From positions 800,001 through 864,000 of the forward strand of contig CAVUQH010000003.1 of NCBI GenBank assembly GCA_963743525.1: a stretch of 64,000 nt of DNA, given 5' to 3'. Numbering within the stretch: the first letter of the stretch is position 1; each line of letters opens with the position of its first letter. The DNA is from an uncultured delta proteobacterium (GTDB taxonomy: Bacteria > Myxococcota_A > Polyangia > Haliangiales > Haliangiaceae). The notes below the pieces were generated by a model that was given only the letters and a program-made list of their open reading frames with translations, was not told the origin of the DNA and did not search any database. The position numbers were made by a program, and so were the translations under genes. This document shows, one piece after another, positions 51,389 through 62,135 of the stretch.

Positions 51389-52330
51389 TCAGTCCATCAG
51401 CACGGTGCCGAGCAGGTCGCTGGGGCGCAGCTGCTCGGCGGCGCGACGCAGGTCGCGGGCAGTGCTGAGCTTGCGCCGCGCGACCAGAACCACGCCGTCG
51501 GCCGAATCCTGAATCAGGTTGACGTCGGCGCTGCCCAGCACCGACGGCGCGTCGATGACGATGTGGTCGAAGCCAGCCAGGCGCAGCCGCTCCATGGCGA
51601 TGGCGAACGCCGGTGCGTCGAGGAGCTGGGTCTGCTCGACCTTGGGGTTGATGGCGGCGACGTGCAGCGACATTTGCGGCATCGACACCACCGACCACGG
51701 CAACAGCGGCTGGTGTCGGTGCGCCGACAGCTGCTCGGCGAAACACCACGGCGGGACGAAGCGGAAGGCAGCGGCCAGCTGCGGCCGGCGCACCGTGGCC
51801 TCGACCAGGAGCACCCGGGCGCGGTCGCACTCGCACAGCGCCAGTGCCAGGTTGATCGCGGTGGTGGTCTTGCCCTCGCCCGGGCGCGGGCTCGACACGA
51901 CCACGACCTGGGGCCGGCCGCGGGCGAGCAGGTGGTGGCGCAGCACGCGGAACGCGGCCGAGCGCGACGAATCGGGATCGCGCGCCAGCACCAGGCGCGG
52001 GTCGTAGACGCCGTCGAGCTGGTGCTCGGTGATCGAGATCTCGGGCGGCTCGACGGTCTTCTGCAGGTGCGCGGGCAGGTCGGTCGAGCGCATCGCGGTC
52101 ATCATCACCGTGCTCGCCGAGGTTCCTTCGGGGAGGAACGAGTCGCGCTTGACCACCTTGGTGATCGTGTTCGGCTTGCCGGTGCCGTCGCCCTTGCCCG
52201 AGCCCTGCTCGTTCACCTTGCCATCACCTTTCCCTGCAGCCTTGGGGTCGGGGCCCGATCGGGTCGGTTCGTCGAACGCGTCGCCGTCGGACGGCGACAC
52301 TCCTCCGAAGCGTTTGGTTCGCCGGCCCAT
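51389..52330 (-). CDS. CpsD/CapB-family BY-kinase-like protein
   Basis: [30 protein letters not shown]; no Tyr-rich tail. Confidence 0.85.
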   Translation of the reverse strand: MGRRTKRFGGVSPSDGDAFDEPTRSGPDPKAAGKGDGKVNEQGSGKGDGTGKPNTITKVVKRDSFLPEGTSASTVMMTAMRSTDLPAHLQKTVEPPEISITEHQLDGVYDPRLVLARDPDSSRSAAFRVLRHHLLARGRPQVVVVSSPRPGEGKTTTAINLALALCECDRARVLLVEATVRRPQLAAAFRFVPPWCFAEQLSAHRHQPLLPWSVVSMPQMSLHVAAINPKVEQTQLLDAPAFAIAMERLRLAGFDHIVIDAPSVLGSADVNLIQDSADGVVLVARRKLSTARDLRRAAEQLRPSDLLGTVLMD

Positions 52331-53853
52331 CAGGCGTCCCCCTCCAGCCCCGGAGGTGGCCGGCGATGCTTCAGCTTGGGCCCGGGCGGCACCTCGACCA
52401 GGACCGGCGCGATGCCGGTGCTCTCGAGATCGGCACGGGTGTAGATGCGGTCGTCGATCAGCGACAGGCCCAGCGCGACGGCGGTGCCGAGCCCGGTGAA
52501 CACCATCAGGCCGGCGAGGATGATCAGCGTCTTGCCCTTGCCGATCGGCTTCTCCGGCAGGTTGGCCGGGTCGATGATGGTCAGCTTGGAGGTCTGCGCC
52601 GCCACCGAGTCGGAGGTGATCTCGGCGGTGAAGACCTTGGCCTCCAGCGACTCGACGCGGTCGCGCGATTCCTGGACGTCGCGGGTGAGCGCGGCCCACT
52701 TGGTCTCGAGCTGGACGACCCAGCTGGTCGACTCGTCCTCGGAGGGCGGCGCCGGCTCGCTGTTGCCGGCCTTCTCGCGCTTGACCCGGGCGCGCATCGC
52801 CGCCAGCTCACGCTCGACCTTGGCCAGCTCGCTGCGCAGGGCGTCGCGGTCGATCGGCCCGGTCACCACCGGCTCGTCACCGTCGGACGGTACCGCCGCT
52901 TCGGCACGACGCAGCCGCTTCTGCGCATCTTCGAGCGCGGCCTTGGCCTTGATCACGTCGGGGTGCCGCTCGGTGAAGCGGGCCAGCTTGTCCTCCAGGT
53001 TGCGGCGCGCCGAATCGACGTCGCGCTCGGCCAGGGTGACCTTTTGCTCGGCGGCGAGCTGCTCCGGGGTCTTCTTCTTGCGCTTCGGCGGCGCCGGCTT
53101 GTCGGGAGCGTCCAGGCGGTCCTGGATGCGGTTGCGCTGGCGAGCCAGGGCGAGGATGCGCGGATCGGTGCCCGGGACCTCCTTGGGCATGTCCTTCCTG
53201 GCCGCGGCTGCGCGGATCGACGCGCCGGCGCTGGTCGCGGCAGTCTGCTCGGCGAACTCGGGGTGCTGGGCCAGGAACTCGGCGCGCAGCTTCTCGCGCT
53301 TGTGCAGCTCCTCGGTCGCGCGGGCCTTCTGCTCCTCGAGGAAGACCTTGGTGGTCGACGCCTCTTCGCGCGCGATCCGCTTGTCTTCCTCGATCAGCAG
53401 GTCGGCCAGCCGGGCGGAGACCTTCTGCGCCAGCTCGCGGTTCTCACTGCGGAAGACGATGCGAAAGGCGCCGGCGCCGGTGGAGCGGAAGTCGACCAGC
53501 TTGCGCATCTCGTCGGCCACCGGCTTGCCGTCCTCGGCGCCCAGCAGCTTGAACTCCTCGGCCACCTGCTGCAGCTGGCCGCGGGCCATGACCATCTCCT
53601 TGTAGCGGCTGGTCATGTTGCGGTTGCTCGTCACCACCTCGCGGCCCTGGATCACGCTGGTCGGGATCATCTCCCGGTACAGCAGCACGGTCTCGGACTC
53701 GAACACCGGCTTCTGCACGAACGCGAACAGCGCCGACAGCGCGCCGCCGACGATGATGACCAGGCCGACGACCCACCAGTAGCGCAGCGACCGGCGCAGC
53801 ACGGCGAGCAGGCGGTCCAGCTGGTCGCGCGGGGTGGCGGTGGAGGCTTCCAT
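52330..53853 (-). CDS. Polysaccharide co-polymerase (Wzc/GumC-type)
   Basis: Two terminal TMs, long coiled coil, [19 protein letters not shown]. Confidence 0.85.
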   Translation of the reverse strand: MEASTATPRDQLDRLLAVLRRSLRYWWVVGLVIIVGGALSALFAFVQKPVFESETVLLYREMIPTSVIQGREVVTSNRNMTSRYKEMVMARGQLQQVAEEFKLLGAEDGKPVADEMRKLVDFRSTGAGAFRIVFRSENRELAQKVSARLADLLIEEDKRIAREEASTTKVFLEEQKARATEELHKREKLRAEFLAQHPEFAEQTAATSAGASIRAAAARKDMPKEVPGTDPRILALARQRNRIQDRLDAPDKPAPPKRKKKTPEQLAAEQKVTLAERDVDSARRNLEDKLARFTERHPDVIKAKAALEDAQKRLRRAEAAVPSDGDEPVVTGPIDRDALRSELAKVERELAAMRARVKREKAGNSEPAPPSEDESTSWVVQLETKWAALTRDVQESRDRVESLEAKVFTAEITSDSVAAQTSKLTIIDPANLPEKPIGKGKTLIILAGLMVFTGLGTAVALGLSLIDDRIYTRADLESTGIAPVLVEVPPGPKLKHRRPPPGLEGDA

Positions 53854-53861
53854 TCAGCAGG

Positions 53862-54947
53862 TTATGGTACACGATTCCGCGGCGCGCCACGCTTGCGGAA
53901 CGAGCCCACGTCATCGCCGGAAAAGCCCGGGACGTGGCCCACGACGTCCAATCCCAGCCGTTCCACGTCCTCGGCTTCGTGGACTCGCGAGTCGAACGCG
54001 GCCACGCCAATCGCGCACAGAGGCAGGAGCACGAGGAACGCCATCACGCCCACCGCGGAGAGCAGCACCCACGTCTTGGCGGTCTGTTTCTCCGGCAGCC
54101 GCTCGTCGACGATCTCGAACGACAGGCCCATCTGTCTGCGCTCGGCGGCCATGCGCAGCTGCAGCACGCCGAGGGCGGACTCGGCTCGGGTCACCCGGTC
54201 GCTCTCGGCCTTGAGCTGGTGCTGAAGGCGATCCAGGGAGGCGGTGAGCTGGGCCACGCGGCCGTTGTCGTGACGCCTCTGCGCCTGGTTGCGGTCGATG
54301 ATCGTCTGGGTGACCTCGGTCTGTCGGGCCAGCAGTGAATCGCGCGCCCGATCGGTGGCGCGCTGCGCCTCGCCCAGGGCGTCGTTGGCCTGCTCCTGCC
54401 GCCGCTCGCTCTCGCTCTGGGCGACGATCTCGGCCAGGCGCCGGGCGACGCGGACCGCTCGGTCGGGATCCGGATCGCGGTAGACCACGCCGATGCGGGC
54501 AGAGCGCTGCGAGGTCGCGTAACCGCGGTCGTCGGCGAAGTAGTTGGTGTAGACGTTGACGTACATGTTGTTGCGCAGCTGCTTGATGGCCCACTCGTCG
54601 CCGCGCTTCTTGCGCCGCGGGTACAGGTCCAGGTCATTGATGACCTTCAGCAGGTGCGCGCGGGTGAACGCCAGCGCGTTGATGTAGTCGCGCAGCTCGT
54701 GCCGGGGCAGCGGCGAGCTCTCCTGGTTGAGCGCGCCTTCGGTCGCGCGCAGGATGACGCGCGCCTTGAACAGCGGCGTCTTGCGCGCGCGCATGCCGAC
54801 GACGGCGCCGGCCAAGAGGATCGTGCACAGGATGAAGCCGATCGGTCGCGACTTGGCCCGGCGCTTGAGCCGCTGCAGCTCGCGCACGACGTCGAGCCGC
54901 TGGCGCTCGGCCGCCATCCAGTCGCCGCGAGTGGCGCTGTCATCCAT
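53862..54947 (-). CDS. Second, shorter polysaccharide co-polymerase (Wzz-like)
   Basis: TM, FKARVIL, YRDPDPDRA, coiled coil, FEIVD, TM, DVERLGLDVVG. Confidence 0.72.
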   Translation of the reverse strand: MDDSATRGDWMAAERQRLDVVRELQRLKRRAKSRPIGFILCTILLAGAVVGMRARKTPLFKARVILRATEGALNQESSPLPRHELRDYINALAFTRAHLLKVINDLDLYPRRKKRGDEWAIKQLRNNMYVNVYTNYFADDRGYATSQRSARIGVVYRDPDPDRAVRVARRLAEIVAQSESERRQEQANDALGEAQRATDRARDSLLARQTEVTQTIIDRNQAQRRHDNGRVAQLTASLDRLQHQLKAESDRVTRAESALGVLQLRMAAERRQMGLSFEIVDERLPEKQTAKTWVLLSAVGVMAFLVLLPLCAIGVAAFDSRVHEAEDVERLGLDVVGHVPGFSGDDVGSFRKRGAPRNRVP

Positions 54948-56473
54948 GGCCGCACCGCCGGATGATCCGATCGATCAGCGTGCGTCGGGCCGTCTCCCAC
55001 ACCGCCTCGTCGCGCGGCCAGGCGGCGGCGCCCCGTCCCTCGGCCAGCGCCCGCGGGATCATCGCGCGGACCATGCCCGCAGCCTCGTCACCGCCGCCGC
55101 ACGACGCCAGCTTGCGCAACAGCAGCCGGTCCTGCAGCCCGCGGCGCAGCGCTTCCAGCCGCAGCGACGGCACGGCGCCGGGGTAGGCCAGCAGGCCGTC
55201 GCCATTGCCCCAGTCGGTGCCGCCTTTGCGCCGCTCGTCGAAGGTGATCGGAGTGGCCATCAGGTCCGTGGGCGCGTCGGCTTCGTTGTACCGGTCGGTG
55301 AAGTAAAGACCTTCCCAAGCGTACCACAGCTCCAGATCGTACCTTTCGCCGATCCAGCCCCACGTCCGCAGGGCCACGCCGTCGGTGTCGATGATCATCG
55401 AGCCGGCCTGGGGCGGCCGGCCGTTGTAGGTCCAGAAGGCCAGCGGCCGGCCGTCGCTGCGGCGCGCGTCCGCCGGCGGCGGCACGCTGCGCGGCGAGAT
55501 GAACGCGTTAACGTCATCTCCGTAGGACGGCCGCCACTGGTCGGTCACCGCGTGCAGGAGGTGCGGCCATCCACCGCCCGCCTCGCGGATGACTCGGCCG
55601 TTGGCGACCACTCGCGTCCGCGCCGCCGCGCCGTGCGGCTCGTCAACCGGGATGACGAACGGGATCTGCGGCAGGTCGCGGAAGATGTTGACCCAGCGGG
55701 CGACGTCGCGGGCCATCGCCGCGTGGTCGTCGGTGTGGATCCACACCGGCCAGTAACGCGCGTGGGTATCGAACAGCGGCTTGCGCGCGGCGAAGCGCTC
55801 GGGACTGGGATCGTTCATCAAGTAGGCGCCGTGGGCGCGGAACAGGTTGACGTAACGGCGCTCGAGCGCCAGCTCGGCGGCGCTGTCGTCGTCGGCCAGC
55901 CCGGCCGAGCGGGCGACCTCGGCCGCCGAGTACCAGACCCAGACCAGCGGCGACTCGTCCAGGTCGATCGTCACCGGCGCGATCGACAGGGTCACTGGAA
56001 AGCGCCGGTCGCCGACGGTCAGCGTGCCGGTGCGGTCGCCGGGCGCAGCATCGGCAGCGACGGCGACGTCGAAATAGGCGGTCGGTTGCGCGCGCACCGG
56101 CGCGGTCGCCGGATCGAGGCGGTCGGGATAGTCGCCCGGACCGCGGCTGGGGCCGAACATCTCGGTTGACGGCTCGCGCACCGTGGTGTAGCCGACGGTG
56201 AACGGCTGCACGGTCACGCCGTCACCGGCGAGAGTCAGGGCGACCTCGGCCGGCGACCGGACCAGCACCTGCAGGCCCAGGGTCTCGCCGCGCACGGCGC
56301 GCAAGCTGACCTGCTTGCCGTCGAAGAACGGCGAGGTCGCCGGCAGCGGATCGCCGCGCCGCAGCTTGGTCGAACTCGCCGACCACCTGCAGGTCGGGCT
56401 GGGCAGCGCGCCGCCCGCGATGGCCGCACGCGGCCGCCACCAGGAGCAGCGCCAGCGCCAGCCGCCGGCTCAC
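54940..56473 (-). CDS. Lipoprotein with DUF4091/GH123-like C-terminus, frameshift at about 56372
   Basis: AAAC lipobox, RGET, DEP, NGDGLLAYPG..PSLRLEALRRGLQD; GTGA overlap with the upstream GT. Confidence 0.7.
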
Positions 56474-57624
56474 GCCCGCCCCGCCACCGCCCCGGCGAGC
56501 ACGTCGTACAGCCGCCCGGCGCTCTGGTCCCAGGTGCCGGCGCTGCCCTCGTCGGCCACTGCGGCCGGGTCGTAGTCGCGCCCCGCCGCGCGCACCAGCG
56601 CGGTCGCCAGTTGATCGGGCCGGCGCGGCTCGACCAGCTCGCCCAGGTTGTCGCTGCCGACGATGTCGGGGACGCCGCCGACCGCGCTGGCGACCACCCG
56701 CCGCCCGCACGCCAGCGCCTCGAGCACGACGTTGGGCGTGCCTTCGGCCCAGCTGGGCAGTACCAGCAGATGGCACGCGGCCATCCACGTGGGCACTTCG
56801 TCGAGCGGACGCGGTCCGGCGACCAGCACCCGCCCGGGCAGCCGCGCGGCGGTCTCCTCGCACGCCGGCCGCTCGGCGCCGCCGCCGACGATGGCCAGGC
56901 ACAGGTCGTCCCGCTCGGCGGCCGCCTGCTCGAACCCGGCCAGGAGATCGAGCACGCCCTTGCTGTCCTTGAGGTTGCCGACGTAGAGCAGCCAGCGCCG
57001 ATCCGACGCCAGCCCCAGCGCCGCCTGTGCCTCGGCGCGGTCGCGCACGCGGAACTTGTCGCCGTCGACGCCGTTCATCACCAGGTGCACGCGCGCCGGA
57101 TCGACGCCGAGGGCGCACGCGCGTTCGGCCAGCGCCCGGCTGACCGCGATCACCGCGTCGGCCCGGGGCAGGGCGCGGCGCAAGATCGCCCGCGGCCCGC
57201 GCAGCTCGGCGACCACGTTCAGGTCGCTGCCGTGCAGCTTGACCACGGACGGCACGCCCAGCAGTCGGGCCAGCGCGATCGCGGCCACCCCGTCGGGGTA
57301 GGCCCACGATCCCAGGACCACGTCACATCGCCCGCGGTAGGCGGCTGCGGCCGGCGCGATCGACGCCAGATAGAGCGCCGGCGCCAGCGCATGACCGACC
57401 CGCGGCAGGTACAGCGTGCGCGGGTGGCCGACGGTGAGGCCGTCGATCACCTCGTGGCGAGGGATGGCGCGCTTGTCCCGGGCCAGCCCGGGAAACCATG
57501 GAATGGTCGCCAGCACCTCGACCTCGCACCGTCGCGACAGCGCCGCCAGCTGCTGGCGGTTGAACGGGGCCGAGTGGGGTTCGAGCGCGTTGGGGAAGAT
57601 CTTGGTGACGGCCAGGACGCGCAC
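56470..57624 (-). CDS. GT4-family glycosyltransferase (TuaC-like)
   Basis: WAYPDG, LHGSD, NGVD, KGV, EGTPNVVLEALACG. Confidence 0.9.
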   Translation of the reverse strand: MRVLAVTKIFPNALEPHSAPFNRQQLAALSRRCEVEVLATIPWFPGLARDKRAIPRHEVIDGLTVGHPRTLYLPRVGHALAPALYLASIAPAAAAYRGRCDVVLGSWAYPDGVAAIALARLLGVPSVVKLHGSDLNVVAELRGPRAILRRALPRADAVIAVSRALAERACALGVDPARVHLVMNGVDGDKFRVRDRAEAQAALGLASDRRWLLYVGNLKDSKGVLDLLAGFEQAAAERDDLCLAIVGGGAERPACEETAARLPGRVLVAGPRPLDEVPTWMAACHLLVLPSWAEGTPNVVLEALACGRRVVASAVGGVPDIVGSDNLGELVEPRRPDQLATALVRAAGRDYDPAAVADEGSAGTWDQSAGRLYDVLAGAVAGRA

Positions 57625-57636
57625 GGCGCCCGCACC

Positions 57637-57942
57637 CTACATCGAAAAGACGCGATCCATCCGCAGCAGCTTGAAGATCGCCAGCGGTTGGTCGCGTGCA
57701 CCGGTTACCGACACCCGACCGCCGTGCGCGCGGATGCGCTTGTACAGGGCGACGATGGCGGCGACGCCGGAGCTGTCGATGATGTCGAGATCGGACAGGT
57801 CAACCTCGACCTTCGATGGCTTTTCATCGACGAGCGTATCGATCGTCGGCAACAGCTCGGGTGCGGTAACCGCATCGAGGTGCCCGCCGATGCGCAGGAC
57901 GACCTGCTCGTCGGAGTCGGTTCTGGAGAAGCTGATCGGCAC
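57637..57942 (-). CDS. STAS anti-anti-sigma factor (RsbV/SpoIIAA-like)
   Basis: GHLDAVTAP and DLSDLDIIDSSGV with the phospho-acceptor Ser. Confidence 0.9.
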   Translation of the reverse strand: MPISFSRTDSDEQVVLRIGGHLDAVTAPELLPTIDTLVDEKPSKVEVDLSDLDIIDSSGVAAIVALYKRIRAHGGRVSVTGARDQPLAIFKLLRMDRVFSM

Positions 57943-58036
57943 GTCTATGTCCCTGTACGGTCGGGGTCAGGCAATGATTCCCTGACTGTGGGTCTGTAAT
58001 CCATCTCGCCGCCAAGTGGAAGCTACGGGACCAGGT

Positions 58037-58537
58037 TCACGCATCGGATTCTGCGCGGCTCGCGGTCGCGGCTGACGCTTGTTCGCTGGCCGGGACCGCG
58101 TACTTGGTAAGCCGCCAAACATTGGGTGGCCCCGGCTCGTACGACAGCTCGTCGACGAACGACTTGGCGATGTGAATGCCCAGGCCGTGGTCGGGGAGGG
58201 TATCGAGGGCCGGCTCCGGCACCTCCTCGAGATGGAACGGGGTTCCGCTGTCGGTGATCTGCAGGGTGATTCCTTCCTTGGACACCCACATCACCGTCTC
58301 GACGTTGCCGTGGCGGAGGGCGTAGCTGTGGAGAACGACATTGTTGAAGATTTCGGAGAAGGCCGAGACCAGCTTGGCGTCGAAATCCGAGGACAGATCC
58401 AGCCCCTCGGTGGGCGCCCACCCGGCCCCCATCGCCCCTCGCGCCAGGCGGCAGGCGGCGGCGACCGCGCGCACGGCGACTTCGCGGTATTCCAGCCGAC
58501 CCGGGACCGTGAGTCGGATTGTGCCCACGTCGCTCAC
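58037..58537 (-). CDS. RsbW/SpoIIAB-like anti-sigma kinase (HATPase_c)
   Basis: SEIFNNVVLH, DSGTPF, GLGIHIAKSFVDELSY. Confidence 0.85.
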   Translation of the reverse strand: MSDVGTIRLTVPGRLEYREVAVRAVAAACRLARGAMGAGWAPTEGLDLSSDFDAKLVSAFSEIFNNVVLHSYALRHGNVETVMWVSKEGITLQITDSGTPFHLEEVPEPALDTLPDHGLGIHIAKSFVDELSYEPGPPNVWRLTKYAVPASEQASAATASRAESDA

Positions 58538-58602
58538 TCGCTCACATGGTAGCAGACACCGATGCGCCAGGGCCGCGGCATTGTGTTAGTTTCGGCCGGA
58601 TC

Positions 58603-59334
58603 GTGCTGCAGAGCGTCCGTCTAGCCAAACGAGCGATCGACATCGCCGGGTCTCTGGTCGGTCTGGCCATTGCCGGCCCGATGATTCCGGTCATTGCCGC
58701 GGCGATCCGTCTCGACTCACCCGGGCCGATCTTCTACCGCCAGCGGCGCGCGGGAACCCTGCGCGGTATCGAGCGCGTCAATGGATCTCGTCGCTTCATC
58801 TTCGACGAGTTCTCGATGCACAAGTTCCGCACCATGCGGCAGAACGCCGAAAAGGGGACCGGCGCCGTGCTGGCGTCCAAGGACGACGACCGCATCACCC
58901 GCGTCGGCCGGTTCCTGCGCAAGACGCGCCTCGACGAGCTGCCGCAGCTCCTCGATGTGCTGCGCGGCGAGATGAGCCTGGTCGGTCCGCGCCCCGAGCG
59001 CCCCGAGCTGATCTCCAACCTGGCGTTCGCCATTCCGTTCTTCGAGGAGCGGATGCGCGACGTCAAGCCGGGCATCACCGGACTGGCGCAGGTGTCCCTG
59101 GGCTACCAGGGCGAGGTGCCCGAGAACAGCGAGATCGCCCAGCTGGCGGATACGCTGCAAAACCCGTTCGGTCTCGAAGAGACCCGCGGCGCCCTGGCCG
59201 ACGACATGCGCATGAAGCTGCTCTACGACCTGGCCTACTCGGCGTCGCTGGAGAAGCTGACGACCTACCTGGCAACCGAGCTGCGCATCATCGTCAAGAC
59301 GCCGCTGGTGATGCTCCGGGGAGTCGGGCGCTGA
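58603..59334 (+). CDS. Priming sugar-phosphate transferase (Bac_transf, short type)
   Basis: KRAIDI, KFRTM, RKTRLDELPQL, MSLVGPRPE, KPGITGLAQV. Confidence 0.92.
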   Translation: MLQSVRLAKRAIDIAGSLVGLAIAGPMIPVIAAAIRLDSPGPIFYRQRRAGTLRGIERVNGSRRFIFDEFSMHKFRTMRQNAEKGTGAVLASKDDDRITRVGRFLRKTRLDELPQLLDVLRGEMSLVGPRPERPELISNLAFAIPFFEERMRDVKPGITGLAQVSLGYQGEVPENSEIAQLADTLQNPFGLEETRGALADDMRMKLLYDLAYSASLEKLTTYLATELRIIVKTPLVMLRGVGR

Positions 59335-59339
59335 GCCCG

Positions 59340-60461
59340 ATGACCATCGCCCACGTCCTGTCGTCGTTTGGAATGGGCGGACAGGAGCGGGTCGCGCTCG
59401 ATCTGGCGGTCGGCCAGCAGGCGGCCGGCCATCGGGTGATGGCCGTGACCCTGGAGTCGGGCGACGAGGGACCGCTGGGCGCCGAGTTTCGCGCCCACGG
59501 CGCCGAGGTGGCGCACCTGCGCAAACGGCCGGGCTTCGACGCGTCACTGATTTTGCGCCTGCGCCGGCTGTTTCGCGAGCACCGGGTTTCGGTGGTGCAC
59601 ACCCACAACCCGCAGCCGCTGATCTATGGAGGGCCGGCGGCGCGCGCCAGCGGCGCGGTGCTGGTCCACACCAAGCACGGCGTCAACCCGGACAGCGATC
59701 GCCGGCTGTGGATGAAGCGGGCCGCCGGGCTGCTGGTCAACGCGTTCGTCGCCGTCTCCGAGCCGACGGCCAACGTCGCGCGGCAGACGCGCGAGTGTCG
59801 CCCGGGGCGACTGCACGTCATCACCAACGGCATCGATCTGTCGCGCTTCGGCCCCGACGACGAGGCGCGCTCTGCCGTGCGCGCCGAGCTGGGCATCCCC
59901 GGCGACGCGTTCGTGGTCGGCACCGTCGGTCGGCTCGGTCCGGAAAAGGCGCACCCGTACTTCTTGCGCTCGGTCGGTCCGCTGCTCGGTCCCGACTTCC
60001 ACGTGATCATCGCCGGCGGTGGCGCCGAGGCCGAGCGGATCGCCGAGGTCGCCCGCGGGTTGCCGGTGCCGTCGTCGGTGCACCTGCTGGGCATGCGCCG
60101 AGACGTGCCGCGGGTGCTGGCGGCGTTCGATCTGTTCGCGCTGACCTCGGTCAGCGAAGGGCTGCCGCTGGTCATTCCCGAGGCGATGGCCACCGAGCTA
60201 CCCGTGGTGTCGACCGCCGTCGGCGGCATTCCCCAGGTGGTCATCGACGGCGAGACCGGCCTCCTGGTCAACTCCGGCGACGAGGCCGGGCTGCGCGATG
60301 CGGTCGCGCGGCTGGCCGGCGACCGCGCGCTGGCCGCAACCTTCGCTCGCGCCGGTCGCGATCGCGCGCTGTCCCGCTACTCGAGCCAGCGGATGGTCAA
60401 CGACTATCTCGGCCTCTACCGCGACTGCATGTCGCGCCGCGGCATCGACGTCGCCGCGTAA
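59340..60461 (+). CDS. GT4-family glycosyltransferase
   Basis: GGQE, HTH, NGID, VGRLGPEK, EGLPLVIPEAMA. Confidence 0.92.
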   Translation: MTIAHVLSSFGMGGQERVALDLAVGQQAAGHRVMAVTLESGDEGPLGAEFRAHGAEVAHLRKRPGFDASLILRLRRLFREHRVSVVHTHNPQPLIYGGPAARASGAVLVHTKHGVNPDSDRRLWMKRAAGLLVNAFVAVSEPTANVARQTRECRPGRLHVITNGIDLSRFGPDDEARSAVRAELGIPGDAFVVGTVGRLGPEKAHPYFLRSVGPLLGPDFHVIIAGGGAEAERIAEVARGLPVPSSVHLLGMRRDVPRVLAAFDLFALTSVSEGLPLVIPEAMATELPVVSTAVGGIPQVVIDGETGLLVNSGDEAGLRDAVARLAGDRALAATFARAGRDRALSRYSSQRMVNDYLGLYRDCMSRRGIDVAA

Positions 60462-60588
60462 CCCCCAGGGGAGCCGTTGTGCGGGTGGCCGCAACCGGCG
60501 GTGTGCAGGATCCGTACAGTTGCCGGGCCACGGTTCCGGGAGTTAGCGGGGATTGCGTCTGGTCCGGTGGTTGCACGAGTATCCCCCC

Positions 60589-61989
60589 ATGCGGTTCTTC
60601 GGGGTCATGGTCGCCGTGCTGGCGCTGTCTGCCTGTCAATTCGACCAGGGCGGCCTCGGCTTCGGCGCCGATGACGGCGGCACCAACGGCGCCGACGCCC
60701 GCCGACCCGGCGACGGCGGTGCGACGGTCAACGCCGGCGGTGCCGACGCCCGCCCCGGTCCCGACGCCAACGGCACCTGCACCAGCGCGTGCGTCAACGC
60801 CACCCAGTTTCGCGACTGCAGTCAGGGCGGCGCCGTCATCGACTGCCCGCTCGGCTGCGGCGGCGGCGTGGCCGACCCGCACTGCCAGGAGATGGTGCCG
60901 TCCAACGGCGTAACCCGTGCGGATCTGTCCGGCGTCACCAAGGGGCTGGTCGTGCCCAAGAACAAGACCGGCTTCGTCAACGTCGACACCGGCGAGATCA
61001 TCGTCAACGGCAACACCGTGCGCGACGCCGGCAACGGCATCGACGCCGGCATCGGCTACTTCCAGCGCGGCGGCCTGGCGGTGTTCGCGCTGAGCAGCGT
61101 GAGCCTCGGCGAGGGCTCGTCGGTCCGCCTCAGCGGCAACCGCCCGGTCATCCTGCTCAGCGACGGCGATGTATCGATCGACGGCGGCACCCTGGATCTG
61201 ACGGGTGGTTGCTTCAACTCGACCGAAACCACCTGCGGCGGCGCGGGCGGCGGCAACGGCGCCTTCGGTACGTTCGGCGCCAGCGGCTGTGGACCGGGCG
61301 GCAACGGCACCGGCGGCAACAACGGCCCCGAGGCTGGTGGCGGCGGTGGCGGCATGGGCGCGGTCGGCGCCAAGGGCGGTGACGGCGACGGCACCCGGCC
61401 GGGCGGCAGCGGCGGCATCATCACCTCGTGCCCGGGCCCGACGCTGGTTCCGCTGGGCGGCGGCTCCGGCGGCGGTCGCGGCGGCGGCGGCGATCAGCTC
61501 GGCGGCAACGGCGGTGGCGGCGGTGGCGGCGTGCAGATCTCTTCGTTCACCAGCATCAGCCTGACCAAGGCCGGACCCAAGCGCGGCGCCATCGATGCCG
61601 GTGGCTCCGGCGGCTCGGGCAACGACGGCAACGGCGGCGGTGGTGCTGGCAGCGGCGGCGGCATCCTGCTCGAGGCCCCGTCGATCACCGTCTCCAACGC
61701 CACCCTGGCGGCCAACGGCGGCGGCGGCGGCGACGGCGGCGGCGGCACCGACGGCGAGAGCGGCACCCTGACCACCCAGCCGGCCGCGGGCGGCACCGGC
61801 GGCAATCCGGGTGGTGACGGCGGCGCCCTCAACGACGCGGCGCAGCCCGGCACGGGACCGACCGACGGCGGCGGTGGCGGCGGTGCCGGTGTCGGCATCA
61901 TCCGCCTCAACGTGCCGGCCTCCGGCCTGTCGCTGTCGGGCGAGATCATCAGCCCGGCGCACACCCGCGGCGACCTCTCGGTTCAGTAG
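60589..61989 (+). CDS. Gly-rich myxobacterial-type lipoprotein
   Basis: LSAC lipobox; repeated GGSGGG / GGGGG..I beta-solenoid-like units. Confidence 0.8.
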   Translation: MRFFGVMVAVLALSACQFDQGGLGFGADDGGTNGADARRPGDGGATVNAGGADARPGPDANGTCTSACVNATQFRDCSQGGAVIDCPLGCGGGVADPHCQEMVPSNGVTRADLSGVTKGLVVPKNKTGFVNVDTGEIIVNGNTVRDAGNGIDAGIGYFQRGGLAVFALSSVSLGEGSSVRLSGNRPVILLSDGDVSIDGGTLDLTGGCFNSTETTCGGAGGGNGAFGTFGASGCGPGGNGTGGNNGPEAGGGGGGMGAVGAKGGDGDGTRPGGSGGIITSCPGPTLVPLGGGSGGGRGGGGDQLGGNGGGGGGGVQISSFTSISLTKAGPKRGAIDAGGSGGSGNDGNGGGGAGSGGGILLEAPSITVSNATLAANGGGGGDGGGGTDGESGTLTTQPAAGGTGGNPGGDGGALNDAAQPGTGPTDGGGGGGAGVGIIRLNVPASGLSLSGEIISPAHTRGDLSVQ

Positions 61990-62135
61990 CCGGGCGCACG
62001 GGGCCGGCTCGGACGTGGCCCGAATCACGCCCGGAGCGGCGAAATCCGCTGTGCCGGATAGGCACAGTGAGCCGGATCCGGCCTCGGTGGCCACTATACT
62101 GTGAGCCGCGTTCTACTGGGAAAGGGAGTCCGTCT

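Noticed and set aside
60589..61989. PE-PGRS gene or GGC microsatellite
   Set aside because: There is no PE domain; the GGC runs are Gly codons of a lipoprotein.
61990..62085. Structured ncRNA or riboswitch from consecutive hairpins
   Set aside because: Short GC-rich stems are expected by chance or as a terminator, and I recognise no family motif.
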